A stretch of 64,000 bases of DNA from an uncultured Acidimicrobiales bacterium (GCA_937976305.1 CALJSB010000041.1:16150-80149), one strand, 5' to 3'; shown: positions 8,761 to 18,301, counted from the stretch's first letter. The notes: generated from the sequence alone by a model not told the origin. Numbers and translations are program-made.

Positions 8761-8761
8761 A

Positions 8762-9355
8762 GTGAACACCAAGTCTAGGGTGGTCGAGGCCGCTTCCTCC
8801 GCATTCGCAGAACGAGGTTTTGCCGGTACCTCGCTCGACGACTTGGCCCGAATCGTCGGCCTCACCAAGCAATCAATCCTCTACCACTTTGGCTCAAAGG
8901 ACGGCCTTCTAGAGGCCGTCCTCACCCATGGCGCCAGTGAGTTGGTCGACGTGTTGGAAGCCGCGGCGGCCGAAGCACCGGCCGGCTGGCCCCGCGTCGA
9001 GGCGGTGGTGCGTGCATCGTTCGGGCTTGCGGTCAGCCAGCCCGAACTCGTTGGCTTGCTTCGCGAAGTGAGCCGGCTCGGGCCACCACGCTCTGATGTG
9101 GTCGTTCACCGGCTCACGCCCCTGATCGATCGGGCGCTCGCGGGTCTTGAGGCGGGGATGGATGCGGGTCTGTTTCGGCGGTCCGATCCGAGGATCTTGT
9201 TGGCATCGGTGTACGGCGCAGTCACCGGTGTGGTGACGGATGCCGGTGCGCTCGGAGCCGTTGGTCTCGAGCTCGATCTGCGCGTTGCAGTTCGGCTGCG
9301 GCGCACGGTGCTCGACTTCCTGCGGGTCGCTGTTGCCATGGAGCCGCACGAGTAG
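8762..9355 (+). CDS. TetR/AcrR family transcriptional regulator
   Basis: N-terminal HTH: AASSAFAERGFAGTSLDDLARIVGLTKQSILYHFGSK. Confidence 0.95.
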   Translation: MNTKSRVVEAASSAFAERGFAGTSLDDLARIVGLTKQSILYHFGSKDGLLEAVLTHGASELVDVLEAAAAEAPAGWPRVEAVVRASFGLAVSQPELVGLLREVSRLGPPRSDVVVHRLTPLIDRALAGLEAGMDAGLFRRSDPRILLASVYGAVTGVVTDAGALGAVGLELDLRVAVRLRRTVLDFLRVAVAMEPHE

Positions 9356-9435
9356 GTCAGGCGGGATGGACTGACGAGTCGTCAGTTGTGTTGCACGCCT
9401 GCCGTGCACCAAGAGGCTGTGCTTGACTGAGGTCC

Positions 9436-10245
9436 GTGACGGACGTCGGGGAGATTGTCGGGGAAGGCCGAACATCGACCGTTCGCGCCTACGGCAACGA
9501 CTCGGTCATCAAGATCCCGAAGGACCACGTTCCCGATTCGTGGATCGGACTCGAGGCCAGCTTCACCAATGCGGTCCGCTCCGTCGGAGCGCCGGCACCC
9601 GAAGTGCGAGACGTCGTCGAAGTCGGTGGCCGTCCATCCGTCGTGTTCGAGCGCATCAACGGAACGCTGATGTGGGAAGCCATTCGAGCCGAGCCCGAGA
9701 CTTGTGACTCACACATCGCCGATTTGGTCGACCTCCAGCGAGGCATCCACGAGCTCTCGCTTCCACACGACGTTCCCGACCTGGTGACCCGCATGCAGTC
9801 GAAAGCATCAGCAGTGAGTGCGCTTTCGGTGAGTGAACGCGTTGATGCTCGCGACCTGATCGCCAGCCTGCCCCGCGGAGCGGGCGTGCTGCATGGCGAT
9901 CTGCATCCGGGCAACGTCATCATCGCCGACTCCGGTCTGGTGGCCATCGATTGGTTCGACGTCTCGATCGGACATCCGCTGGCAGATGTCTTGAGATCAA
10001 CGCTGCTGATGCGTCCGCTTGCTGGCGAGACGTCGCCTGTTCACCTGCCCGGGGCTGACAAGTCGACGCTCAGCCGTTTGCAGGAGCGCTACATCGAGTT
10101 GTTCAGCGACGTCCTCGACACTGAAACCACGAGCTGGACCGCAGCGGTCGCGGTGAGCCGTCTCGCGGAGTCTGCTGACCCGGACGACAACGACCTCTGG
10201 GAGCGTTGGCGGGCCCGGCCCGAGCTGATCGAACAGTCCCGATAA
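9436..10245 (+). CDS. Aminoglycoside phosphotransferase/choline kinase family protein
   Basis: GEGRTSTV Gly-loop, VIK, HGDLHPGNV catalytic loop, AIDW metal-binding motif. Confidence 0.9.
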   Translation: MTDVGEIVGEGRTSTVRAYGNDSVIKIPKDHVPDSWIGLEASFTNAVRSVGAPAPEVRDVVEVGGRPSVVFERINGTLMWEAIRAEPETCDSHIADLVDLQRGIHELSLPHDVPDLVTRMQSKASAVSALSVSERVDARDLIASLPRGAGVLHGDLHPGNVIIADSGLVAIDWFDVSIGHPLADVLRSTLLMRPLAGETSPVHLPGADKSTLSRLQERYIELFSDVLDTETTSWTAAVAVSRLAESADPDDNDLWERWRARPELIEQSR

Positions 10246-10324
10246 CTGAGAGTTTCGCTCACCGAACAGTCCCGCTCGCCGACAGTCCCGGTCACCGATC
10301 GCGAGCTCGTTGGCCGATCGTGGG

Positions 10325-11125
10325 TCAGCTGATCGAGCCGACCAGTTGGCGCAGCTCGTCGAAGATGGCGGGGGTTGCAGCAATGTCGAGGTGGAGCTCG
10401 TTGTCCGAGGGCGGCTCGACGATGGCGCCCGCTCGCTGTGCGATCAGGTTGCCGGCGGCGTAGTCGTAGATCTTTGTGTCTTGTTCGTAGTAGCCGTCGA
10501 GCCGCCCCGCTGCCACCCAACACAGATTGAGGGCCGCCGACCCCATGCACCGAATGTCGCGACACTTCGGAAGCATGCGTCCAACGGTTGCTGCCTGCTG
10601 GGCTCGTCGTTCTGCGTCGTAGCTGAACCCGGTGCCAACAAGAGACTGGGGGAGTCGGTCCTTCCCGCTCACCGTAATGACGCGGCCGTCGAGCTTGGCC
10701 TCGGTGTCGCGACTGGCCGAGAACACCTCGCCCCGCAACACATCAGCGACGGCTCCTGCGATCACCACGTCATCGACCGTCGCCGCAATGCTCACCCCGA
10801 CGACGGGAAGGTCGTAGAGAAAGTTGACCGTGCCGTCGATGGGGTCGACGATCCACTCGATGCCGTTGTTCCCGCCGGCAGAAGGCAGCTCCTCACCTTG
10901 GATTCGCGAGCCCGGCGCTCGTTCGGTGAGCTCTCGGCGAATGAGCCGCTCGGAATCGATGTCGGTTTCAGTGACGACGTCGGTTGGCGAGCTCTTGGTG
11001 CGCGACGTTCGGGCCGCACCGGTGTGGGTGCGGACGAAGGAAGCGCTGAGCCTCACCACCTCAGCGGCGACGAGTTCGAGGTGATGGGCAGGCGATGGAT
11101 AGGCCTCACCGCTGGCTGCTGTCAC
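10325..11125 (-). CDS. Inositol monophosphatase family protein (SuhB-like)
   Basis: DVVTETD, GEE, WIVDPIDGTVNF, GSAALNLCWVAAGRLDGY..YDYAAG. Probable GTG start at 11125, 4 nt after the DeoR stop. Confidence 0.93.
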   Translation of the reverse strand: MTAASGEAYPSPAHHLELVAAEVVRLSASFVRTHTGAARTSRTKSSPTDVVTETDIDSERLIRRELTERAPGSRIQGEELPSAGGNNGIEWIVDPIDGTVNFLYDLPVVGVSIAATVDDVVIAGAVADVLRGEVFSASRDTEAKLDGRVITVSGKDRLPQSLVGTGFSYDAERRAQQAATVGRMLPKCRDIRCMGSAALNLCWVAAGRLDGYYEQDTKIYDYAAGNLIAQRAGAIVEPPSDNELHLDIAATPAIFDELRQLVGSIS

Positions 11126-11129
11126 GAGC

Positions 11130-11927
11130 TCACGCGAGGCGAACGGTGGTTCCGCTTGCTTCGATTTCGGCGGCGAGTCGCGGATCGAGGCCGGCAGTCG
11201 TGACGAGGACGTCGATGTCGGACCACTCGGCAAAGCGAATGAAATGGTCTTGGCCAAACTTTGAGTGGTCGACGAGCGCAACGACACGACGTGCAGCGCT
11301 GATCATTGCCGACTTGAGCACGGCTTCTTCGCGATAGGGAGTGGTGAGCCCGCCCGATTCGGTCGCTGCATCGCTCGAGATGAACAAGGTGTCGACCGCA
11401 AGCGGATGGACAGCTTCGACGGCCTGAGTATCGACCATGGCCATGGTGTTCTTGCGGACCTTGCCGCCGATGACGATGACGTCGAGGGTTTCGTGGTCGG
11501 CGAGATGGGTGGCAACGGTGAGGGAGTTGGTCACAACTCGAAGGGACAGATTGCGAGGGATCGACCGGGCGAACTGAGTGAGGGTCGAGCCGGAGTCGAT
11601 GATGATCGAGCCTCGATCCGGGAGCTCTTCGAGGGCAGCGACGGCCATGCGTCGTTTCTCGTCTTCGTTCTTCTGCGTTCGAACCGACAGCAGTGGCTCG
11701 AATCCGTTCGACTCCCACGGGACGGCCCCGCCGTGAACGCGGCGCAGCATCTTGCGCTTCTGGAGGTCGGAAAGATCTCGTCGGATCGTCTCGGTCGTGA
11801 CACCGAACCGCATCGCCAAGCCAGCAACTTCGGCCCGTCCGGCTTCGAGCGTGGCCTCGAAGATCGCGCGCTGGCGCTCCCGTTGGAACATCATCGGCTG
11901 TGCGCTGCGATCGGACGTTTCGCTCAC
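11130..11927 (-). CDS. DeoR/GlpR family transcriptional regulator
   Basis: FGVTTETIRRDLSDLQ...RVHGGA HTH plus IIDSGST and VVTNSL. GTGA overlap with the mannitol dehydrogenase stop. Confidence 0.95.
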   Translation of the reverse strand: MSETSDRSAQPMMFQRERQRAIFEATLEAGRAEVAGLAMRFGVTTETIRRDLSDLQKRKMLRRVHGGAVPWESNGFEPLLSVRTQKNEDEKRRMAVAALEELPDRGSIIIDSGSTLTQFARSIPRNLSLRVVTNSLTVATHLADHETLDVIVIGGKVRKNTMAMVDTQAVEAVHPLAVDTLFISSDAATESGGLTTPYREEAVLKSAMISAARRVVALVDHSKFGQDHFIRFAEWSDIDVLVTTAGLDPRLAAEIEASGTTVRLA

Positions 11928-13408
11928 GACGTTGCAAGGACCTCGTTGATTGCTGTGATCACCCCACGCTCTCGGATCGCCGAGAGAGCGGCTTCGAACG
12001 CAGAGCGTAGCCGGGGGTCACTGCGGAGAGAAGTTGGGAAGACCGCATCGAAGTCGAGAAAGGCCAACGGGTCTTGTTGTGATGCGATGGCAAACCGTTG
12101 TGCATCCTCGAGCATCGGGTCGTGCGAGACATCAATCGCTGAACCGTTCTCGTCGACGCCGCCCAGGTATTGACACCAGCCAGCGAGCGCCAACGCACTC
12201 AGGTTGATCGGACCATCAGCGCCAAGCTGGGCCTCGATGGTTGGGAAGAGGAACTTTGGAAACTTCGCCGAGCCGTCGAGGCAGAGGCGAGCAATCTGAT
12301 CGCCGATGTTTGGGTTGGAAAAGCGTTCGATGAGCGACTCGATGTAGTCGTCGAGATCAATGCCAGGCACCGACGGGACGGTTGGTCGGGCTTCGTTGAT
12401 GAGGAACGCCTTGAGGAACGACCGGATGTGCGGCGTTGCCATGGCGCCATCGACAGTCTCGGTGCCTTCGAGCGCCGACAGGTAGGCCAGGCAGCTGTGG
12501 CCAGCGTTCAACAGCCGCAACTTCATGTACTCGTAGGGCACGACGTCATGGGTGACGATGACGTCGAGGTCTTCGAGGGGGAGTCGCTTGCCGGCAAAGT
12601 TGTCTTCGACCACCCACTGCAGGAACGGCTCGGTGATCACCGGCCAACCATCGATGATGCCGTACTCATCGGAGATCCACGTGCGATCGTCGTCGGTGGT
12701 CGACGGCGTGATGCGATCGACCATGCTGTTTGGGAAACTGACGTTGTCGGTGATCCACCGGGCCAGTTCGGCGCCGTAGAACCGCTCAGCCGTACCAAGT
12801 GTTGCCGTCGATGCGGCGTGGCCGTTGCTCAAGATGTTGTCGCAGCTGAGGATGGTGATCGGCCCGCTGGCATTGATCCTGCGCCGCTCCAAGCCTGCAG
12901 CGAGCGCCCCAAAGGCGCTGTGGCGGGTGGCGGTCGGAGCATCCGGGGTGTAGGTGCCGGTGCTGTCGTCGATCGGGTAGCCGCCTTCGGTGATCGTGAG
13001 CGACACGATCTGGGTCGAGGGGTCTGCGATTTTGGAGACGAGCGGCTCGAGGTCCTCGGGGGCAAAGATGAAGTCGACCAGCGAGCCGATGATGCGAACC
13101 TCGGTGGTGTCCGCGCCCCGCACAACCAAGGAATACAGCATGTCCTGGTTCGTGAGCGTTTCGGCCATGCGGGAATCGTGGGGGAGAATGCCAGCGCCGA
13201 CGATGCTCCAGTCGGTATGGCCAGACTCGCACAGGTTGTCGATGTAGACCGCAAGGTGGGCCCGATGGAATCCGCCCACACCGATGTGAAGAATTGCTGG
13301 AGAAAGTACCGCACGGTCATATGACGGTGCTGCAACATCAGATCGCGATCCAGACAAAGCGGCAGATCGCACCTCTGGCACTGATTGTGGGGTGGGCGTG
13401 TCAGGCAC
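11924..13408 (-). CDS. Mannitol 2-dehydrogenase family (long-chain polyol dehydrogenase)
   Basis: ILHIGVGGFHRAH, SLTITEGGY, LSCDN, FPNSMVDRITP, WVVED, KLRLLNAGHS. Start uncertain (13408-13456). Confidence 0.95.
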   Translation of the reverse strand: MPDTPTPQSVPEVRSAALSGSRSDVAAPSYDRAVLSPAILHIGVGGFHRAHLAVYIDNLCESGHTDWSIVGAGILPHDSRMAETLTNQDMLYSLVVRGADTTEVRIIGSLVDFIFAPEDLEPLVSKIADPSTQIVSLTITEGGYPIDDSTGTYTPDAPTATRHSAFGALAAGLERRRINASGPITILSCDNILSNGHAASTATLGTAERFYGAELARWITDNVSFPNSMVDRITPSTTDDDRTWISDEYGIIDGWPVITEPFLQWVVEDNFAGKRLPLEDLDVIVTHDVVPYEYMKLRLLNAGHSCLAYLSALEGTETVDGAMATPHIRSFLKAFLINEARPTVPSVPGIDLDDYIESLIERFSNPNIGDQIARLCLDGSAKFPKFLFPTIEAQLGADGPINLSALALAGWCQYLGGVDENGSAIDVSHDPMLEDAQRFAIASQQDPLAFLDFDAVFPTSLRSDPRLRSAFEAALSAIRERGVITAINEVLATS

Positions 13409-13424
13409 GGCGACACGATAACGC

Positions 13425-13512
13425 AACATGTTCCAACGTGCGAGCCCTGCTTTCAAACCCGTTTCAATTGGTTGGTGTGTTGCATATCAACATGAAACCA
13501 ACTAGAAACATG
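13425..13512. promoter_or_regulatory. Candidate DeoR operator elements in the divergent promoter
   Basis: AACATG at 13425, 13489 and 13507, plus a TGTTG-N5-CAACA palindrome at 13478-13492, in an AT-richer gap between divergent polyol operons. Confidence 0.45.
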
Positions 13513-13568
13513 CTCGAACGGGGGGTGCTGTGCCCTCCCTCACAATGAACTAGTTGGGAGAGAACAAC

Positions 13569-15083
13569 ATGCTCGATGAGAGTAAACGACGCAGCCGATG
13601 GCTCACTTTGCTGAGCCTTATGGCCGCGTTCACAATTGTTGCTGCCGCATGCGGTGGCGATTCGGATGACGGTGGCGACGCCGGCTCCGATGACACGGAA
13701 GAGTCCTCCGATAGCGGTGAAGATGACGCTATGGAAGACGATGAAGACGCCATGGAAGACGACGAGGACGCCATGGAAGATGACGAAGACGCCATGGAAG
13801 ACGAAGACGCCATGGAAGACGAGGACGACATGGAAGATGGCGAAGAGCGCTCGATCACCGTTGCACTCGTCGGTAACGACAACATCACCCGGATGGGCGA
13901 GCTCGCTGAAGAGTTCTTCACTCCTGAGACCGGCATCACGGTGAACCTCACGGTTCTCGATGAGCAGACGCTCCGCGAGGTCACCACTCGTGACGTCGGC
14001 GCCGGTGGCGAGCAGTTCGACGTTGTCCAGATCGGCATGTACGAGACGCCGCAGTTCGGTGCCAATGGCTGGCTCGTTGGTCTGAACGACCTCGCAGCTT
14101 CGTCTGACACCTACGACATCGACGACCTCATCCCCGCCGTGCGCAACGGTCTGTCCGTCGACGGTGAGCTCTACTCGTCACCGTTCTACGCAGAATCATC
14201 ATTCGTGATGTACCGCGCAGACGTCATGGAAGAGAACGGCATCACGATGCCGGACGCTCCGACGTGGCAGGAAGTCGCTGACATTGCCCGTCAGATCGAC
14301 TCCGACGAGATGGCCGGCATCTGCCTCCGTGGCAAGCCTGGCTGGGGTGACCTCGGCGCTTCCTTCACCACCGTGCTCAACACCTTCGGTGGCACCTGGT
14401 GGCTCGCCAACGACGACGGCTCCATCGGCGCCGCTCAGGTTGATCAGCCCGAGTTCGCTGAGGCGCTCAACTTCTACGTTGACCTCCTCAACGACGCTGG
14501 CCAGGACGACGCTGCAAACGCCAGCTTCAATGAGTGCAAGTCACTCTACGAAGAGGGCCGAGTTGCCATGTGGTACGACGCCACCGTGGCCGCCAGCCTC
14601 TTCCCAGAGGATGTTGTCGCCAACACCGCCTTCGCCCTTGCTCCCGTTGTTGAAACCGACAACTCAGGCTGGCTCTGGGCCTGGACCCTCGCCATCCCGG
14701 TCAGCACCAGCGACGAAGACGCCGCATGGCAGTTCATCGACTGGGCAACCAACGCCGACTACCACGAGTTGCTCGCAGAGCAAGACGGTTGGCGTGCAGT
14801 TCCCCCGGGCACCCGTCAGTCGCTCTATGAGCGCCCCGAGTACCTCGAGGCTGCTGATGCATTCGCACAGCGCACCCTCGATGCCATGCTCGCCGCTCCG
14901 ATCGACAACCCGGGCACCACACCTCGCCCAGGTCTGCCGGGCGTGCAGTACGTCGGTGTTCCTGAGTTCCAGGACGTCGGCACCCGCTGCACCGAGCTCT
15001 TCTCGGCCGCAATTGCTGGTTCGATGAGCGTTGAAGATGCGCTTGCCGATTGCCAGATCATTGCCTCTGAGGCAAGCAGCTAA
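13569..15083 (+). CDS. Polyol/sugar ABC transporter substrate-binding lipoprotein
   Basis: Lipobox VAAA|C. ITVALVGN, SSPFYAESSFVMYR, GICLRGKPGWG and GWLWAWTLAIP resemble sorbitol/mannitol-binding proteins. Confidence 0.93.
   Translation: MLDESKRRSRWLTLLSLMAAFTIVAAACGGDSDDGGDAGSDDTEESSDSGEDDAMEDDEDAMEDDEDAMEDDEDAMEDEDAMEDEDDMEDGEERSITVALVGNDNITRMGELAEEFFTPETGITVNLTVLDEQTLREVTTRDVGAGGEQFDVVQIGMYETPQFGANGWLVGLNDLAASSDTYDIDDLIPAVRNGLSVDGELYSSPFYAESSFVMYRADVMEENGITMPDAPTWQEVADIARQIDSDEMAGICLRGKPGWGDLGASFTTVLNTFGGTWWLANDDGSIGAAQVDQPEFAEALNFYVDLLNDAGQDDAANASFNECKSLYEEGRVAMWYDATVAASLFPEDVVANTAFALAPVVETDNSGWLWAWTLAIPVSTSDEDAAWQFIDWATNADYHELLAEQDGWRAVPPGTRQSLYERPEYLEAADAFAQRTLDAMLAAPIDNPGTTPRPGLPGVQYVGVPEFQDVGTRCTELFSAAIAGSMSVEDALADCQIIASEASS
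13725..13838 (+). repeat. Six tandem (A/D)MED units in the SBP linker
   Basis: DAMEDDEDAMEDDEDAMEDDEDAMEDEDAMEDEDDMED, built from 21/18-bp units containing GCCATGGAAGA. Confidence 0.95.
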
Positions 15084-15110
15084 GCATTCAGTCGTAGGTA
15101 ACTTCGATTC

Positions 15111-15144
15111 GGTCGGGCGTCGCACGAAAGTGGGACGCCCGGTC
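15111..15144 (+). terminator. GC-rich GAAA-loop hairpin after the SBP gene (mRNA stabiliser or partial terminator)
   Basis: CGGGCGTC-g-CAC-GAAA-GTG-g-GACGCCCG. This position is typical in ABC operons. Confidence 0.6.
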
Positions 15145-15267
15145 GTGTCGCAAGTGCACTGCAAAACACCATCGCTTTCATCGGGCCGCTCCGTCATCAG
15201 GCCAGCAGCTTTGACCCGTGCTACAAGTGACCTGGTGCTGTAACTCGAACAGGGACCGAAGGGGACC

Positions 15268-16224
15268 ATGTCAGCTGTAACGGTTGATCAATTGAACGAT
15301 GGCGGCCGGCAGTCAGCGGAGGACCAGGCCCGAGCCGCTGAGCTGAAGCGCCTGGAGCGTCGCGACGGGTGGAGACGGCGCATACCGATTCTTCCGGCAC
15401 TGATCTACACGATCCTTGTCACCCAGATCCCGTTCCTGTTTACGCTGTTCTACAGCCTCACCGATTGGCGGATCGACACGCCCGACCCCCGCCAATTCAT
15501 TTGGTTCGAGAACTACGGCAGCCTCTCCGGGGACACCTTCTTTCTTGACTCCGCCTGGGTCAGTGTCCAGATGACCGTGATGGCCGTGTTGGGTTCGCTC
15601 ATTGTTGGGACCGGCCTTGCCATCTTGCTCGACCGCAAGTTCTTCGGGCAGGGTTTCGTCCGCACGCTGTTGATCACACCATTTCTCGTGATGCCCGTCG
15701 TCGCCGGGCTCATGTGGAAGTTGCAGATGTTCAACTCGACCTTTGGGATCATCGGCTGGGTCATGAACCAGCTCGGACTCGAGCCCGTCGAGTTCGCCAC
15801 CAGGTTCCCGCTTGCATCTGTCGTGGTCGTGCTCATCTGGCAGTGGAGCCCGTTCATGATGCTGATTGTGCTCGCCGGGCTGCAGGGCCAAGACCAGTCG
15901 GTGCTGGAGGCTGCTCGGGTCGACGGTGCCACATCGTGGGGAACCTTCCGGCAGATCACGCTGCCCCAGCTCCGTCCGTTTCTCGAGCTCGGGACGTTGC
16001 TCGGAGCGATCTACCTCATCCAGGTGTATGACCACATCGAAGTCATCGTGGGTGGTCAACCCGGAGCCAGAAACCTGCCGTTCTACATCGCTGGACGCTC
16101 GATTGGCGGTGGCAACCGCTTCGGCCTGTCGTCGGCGTATTCCATCGTCGTCGTGCTCGCCTCGATCATCATCGCAAATATCGGTTTGCGAGTGCTCTCC
16201 AACCTTCTGGAGGACGACAGCTGA
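15268..16224 (+). CDS. Carbohydrate ABC transporter permease
   Basis: Multiple TM segments and the EAA loop (LEAARVDGA). Confidence 0.95.
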   Translation: MSAVTVDQLNDGGRQSAEDQARAAELKRLERRDGWRRRIPILPALIYTILVTQIPFLFTLFYSLTDWRIDTPDPRQFIWFENYGSLSGDTFFLDSAWVSVQMTVMAVLGSLIVGTGLAILLDRKFFGQGFVRTLLITPFLVMPVVAGLMWKLQMFNSTFGIIGWVMNQLGLEPVEFATRFPLASVVVVLIWQWSPFMMLIVLAGLQGQDQSVLEAARVDGATSWGTFRQITLPQLRPFLELGTLLGAIYLIQVYDHIEVIVGGQPGARNLPFYIAGRSIGGGNRFGLSSAYSIVVVLASIIIANIGLRVLSNLLEDDS

Positions 16225-17090
16225 TGGCCCTCTTCACCAGAGCTCCGAAGCCCGAACCCATTCTCGGTCAGAACCGTGCCGTGGCCTTTTTCCTCGCCGT
16301 GCTGACCTGGATCATCGGGTTGCTGTTTTTCTTTCCGCTCTTCTGGCTAGTGCTGAACGGGTTCAAGGAGGAAGCGGTTGCAAGCTCGAGTCCGACCCTG
16401 ATCTTCGACCCGACTCTCGACCGGTTCCGCGAAGTCACCGAGACCACCAATTTGTTGACCTTCGCCGAAGCGTTCTGGAATTCGTTCTGGATCGTTCTGA
16501 TCTCGACCTTCATCGTGATGACGCTCGCCATTCCAGCCGCCTACTCGCTGGCGATCCGTCCGATGCGCAAGTGGCGAGACGTCCTGTTCTTCTTCATTTC
16601 GACCAAGTTCCTTCCCATCGTTGGCATCATCATGCCGGTCTGGATCATCGCTCGCGATCTCAATTTGCTCGGTACGCGAACGGTGCTCGTGATCCTCTAC
16701 ACGGCAATGAATCTGCCTCTTGCGGTGTGGATGTTGCGCTCATTCTTTGCCGAAGTACCCAAAGAACTCGTCGAAGCCTCCCAGATCGACGGGTGTAGCT
16801 TGCTGGGGCAGATCCGTCAGGTGATTCTCCCGATCGTGGCCCCGGGGCTGGCTGCCACAGCTCTTCTGTGCGTGATCTTTGCCTGGAACGAGTTCTTCTT
16901 CGCTCTGCAGTTGAATAACGTCGGAGCCTCCACCATTCCTGTCTGGGTCAATTCACAGCAAAAGTTCCAGGGCCAGTTCCTCGCCGGACTCAGCGCCGCT
17001 TCTGTTCTGGCGACGTTGCCCGTTGTGCTCGCCGGCTGGGTTGCCCAGAAACGAATGATTCGCGGCTTGGCGCTGGGAGCGATCAAGTGA
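16224..17090 (+). CDS. Carbohydrate ABC transporter permease
   Basis: TM segments and EAA loop (VEASQIDGCS). TGATG coupling with the upstream gene. Confidence 0.95.
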   Translation: MALFTRAPKPEPILGQNRAVAFFLAVLTWIIGLLFFFPLFWLVLNGFKEEAVASSSPTLIFDPTLDRFREVTETTNLLTFAEAFWNSFWIVLISTFIVMTLAIPAAYSLAIRPMRKWRDVLFFFISTKFLPIVGIIMPVWIIARDLNLLGTRTVLVILYTAMNLPLAVWMLRSFFAEVPKELVEASQIDGCSLLGQIRQVILPIVAPGLAATALLCVIFAWNEFFFALQLNNVGASTIPVWVNSQQKFQGQFLAGLSAASVLATLPVVLAGWVAQKRMIRGLALGAIK

Positions 17091-17142
17091 TCCGGCGCCT
17101 GTCGCCTCGCTCGATCGTGCCACTCCAATCCCCAGCAAGCAC

Positions 17143-17178
17143 CCGTTGTTCGTCCACTGCCCGTTGTTCGTCCACTGC
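17143..17178. repeat. Perfect 18-bp tandem duplication, intergenic
   Basis: CCGTTGTTCGTCCACTGC x2, followed by a degenerate third GTCCACTG. Confidence 0.9.
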
Positions 17179-17230
17179 GCGGTGCTTGTCCACTGTCCAA
17201 TCGCTTCGTTGCACGAGGGAGTCCCACTAG

Positions 17231-18301
17231 ATGGCTGAAGTTCAATACAAAGACGCGAGCCGGATCTATCCGGGCACCGACGAACCCGCCGTCAACAAAC
17301 TCAACATCGACATTCCAGATGGCGAGTTGCTGGTTCTGGTTGGTCCCTCAGGCTCAGGTAAATCGACGGCGCTTCGTATGCTCGCCGGCCTCGAAACCGT
17401 GAACCAAGGTGCCGTTTACATCGGCGGCACCGACGTGACGCTCAAGCCGCCGCAGGATCGTGACATCGCCATGGTGTTCCAGAACTATGCGCTGTACCCG
17501 AGCATGACCGTCGGCGAAAACATGGGTTTTGCGCTCAAGCAGGCAAAGGTGCCGAAGGATGAGCGGGCCAAGCGAGTGCAAGAGGCCGCCCGCATTCTCG
17601 ACCTCGAGGAGTACCTCGACCGCAAGCCGAAGAATCTCTCCGGTGGTCAGCGTCAGCGTGTTGCCATGGGCCGCGCCATCGTCCGTCAACCCCAGGTGTT
17701 CCTGATGGACGAGCCGCTGTCGAACCTCGATGCCAAGCTGCGTGTGCAAACCCGTACTGAGCTGTCCGACTTGCAGGCTCGCCTCGGTGTCACGACGGTG
17801 TATGTCACCCACGACCAGGTCGAAGCCATGACCATGGGTGATCGCGTGGCCGTGCTCAACTTCGGTGTGCTGCAGCAGGTTGATGCGCCGAAGACGCTGT
17901 ATTCGAAGCCCGCCAACAAGTTCGTCGCCGGCTTCATCGGCTCTCCGGCCATGAATCTCTTCGATGCTGAGAGCATCGATGGCCGACCTGCCATTGGTGG
18001 TGTCGCAGCGCCGATCAGCGATTCGGTCGCTGGCCAACTCGGCCGGGTCGACGGTGCTGCGATCGGCGTTCGCCCCGAGCACCTCAAGCTTGCATCGAGC
18101 GGTATCCAGGGCGAAGTCACGGTGATCGAAGAGCTTGGTTCTGAGTCATTCGTGCACGTGGCCATCCAGCACATGGGTGAGAGAACGACCATCGTTGTTC
18201 GAGACGAGGGTGAGACCGAGACCACACGTGGCCAAAACGTGCACGTGGACTTCGACGGACCGATTCATGTGTTCGATGCAGACGGTGAACGGGTCGACTG
18301 A
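17231..18301 (+). CDS. Sugar ABC transporter ATP-binding protein (MalK/UgpC type)
   Basis: GPSGSGKST Walker A, LSGGQRQR signature, FLMDEPLSNLD Walker B, YVTHDQ, C-terminal TOBE-like domain. Confidence 0.97.
   Translation: MAEVQYKDASRIYPGTDEPAVNKLNIDIPDGELLVLVGPSGSGKSTALRMLAGLETVNQGAVYIGGTDVTLKPPQDRDIAMVFQNYALYPSMTVGENMGFALKQAKVPKDERAKRVQEAARILDLEEYLDRKPKNLSGGQRQRVAMGRAIVRQPQVFLMDEPLSNLDAKLRVQTRTELSDLQARLGVTTVYVTHDQVEAMTMGDRVAVLNFGVLQQVDAPKTLYSKPANKFVAGFIGSPAMNLFDAESIDGRPAIGGVAAPISDSVAGQLGRVDGAAIGVRPEHLKLASSGIQGEVTVIEELGSESFVHVAIQHMGERTTIVVRDEGETETTRGQNVHVDFDGPIHVFDADGERVD

Noticed and set aside
9436-10245. APH-family gene as an antibiotic resistance determinant, or as the missing polyol-pathway kinase
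   Set aside because: It has only generic family motifs and no mobile context, and it is transcribed convergently to, not with, the polyol genes.
15111-15144. c-di-GMP-I riboswitch-like GAAAGTGGGACGC
   Set aside because: It lacks the upstream GGCAAAC and the following AAAG/P3, and is fully explained as a post-SBP hairpin.
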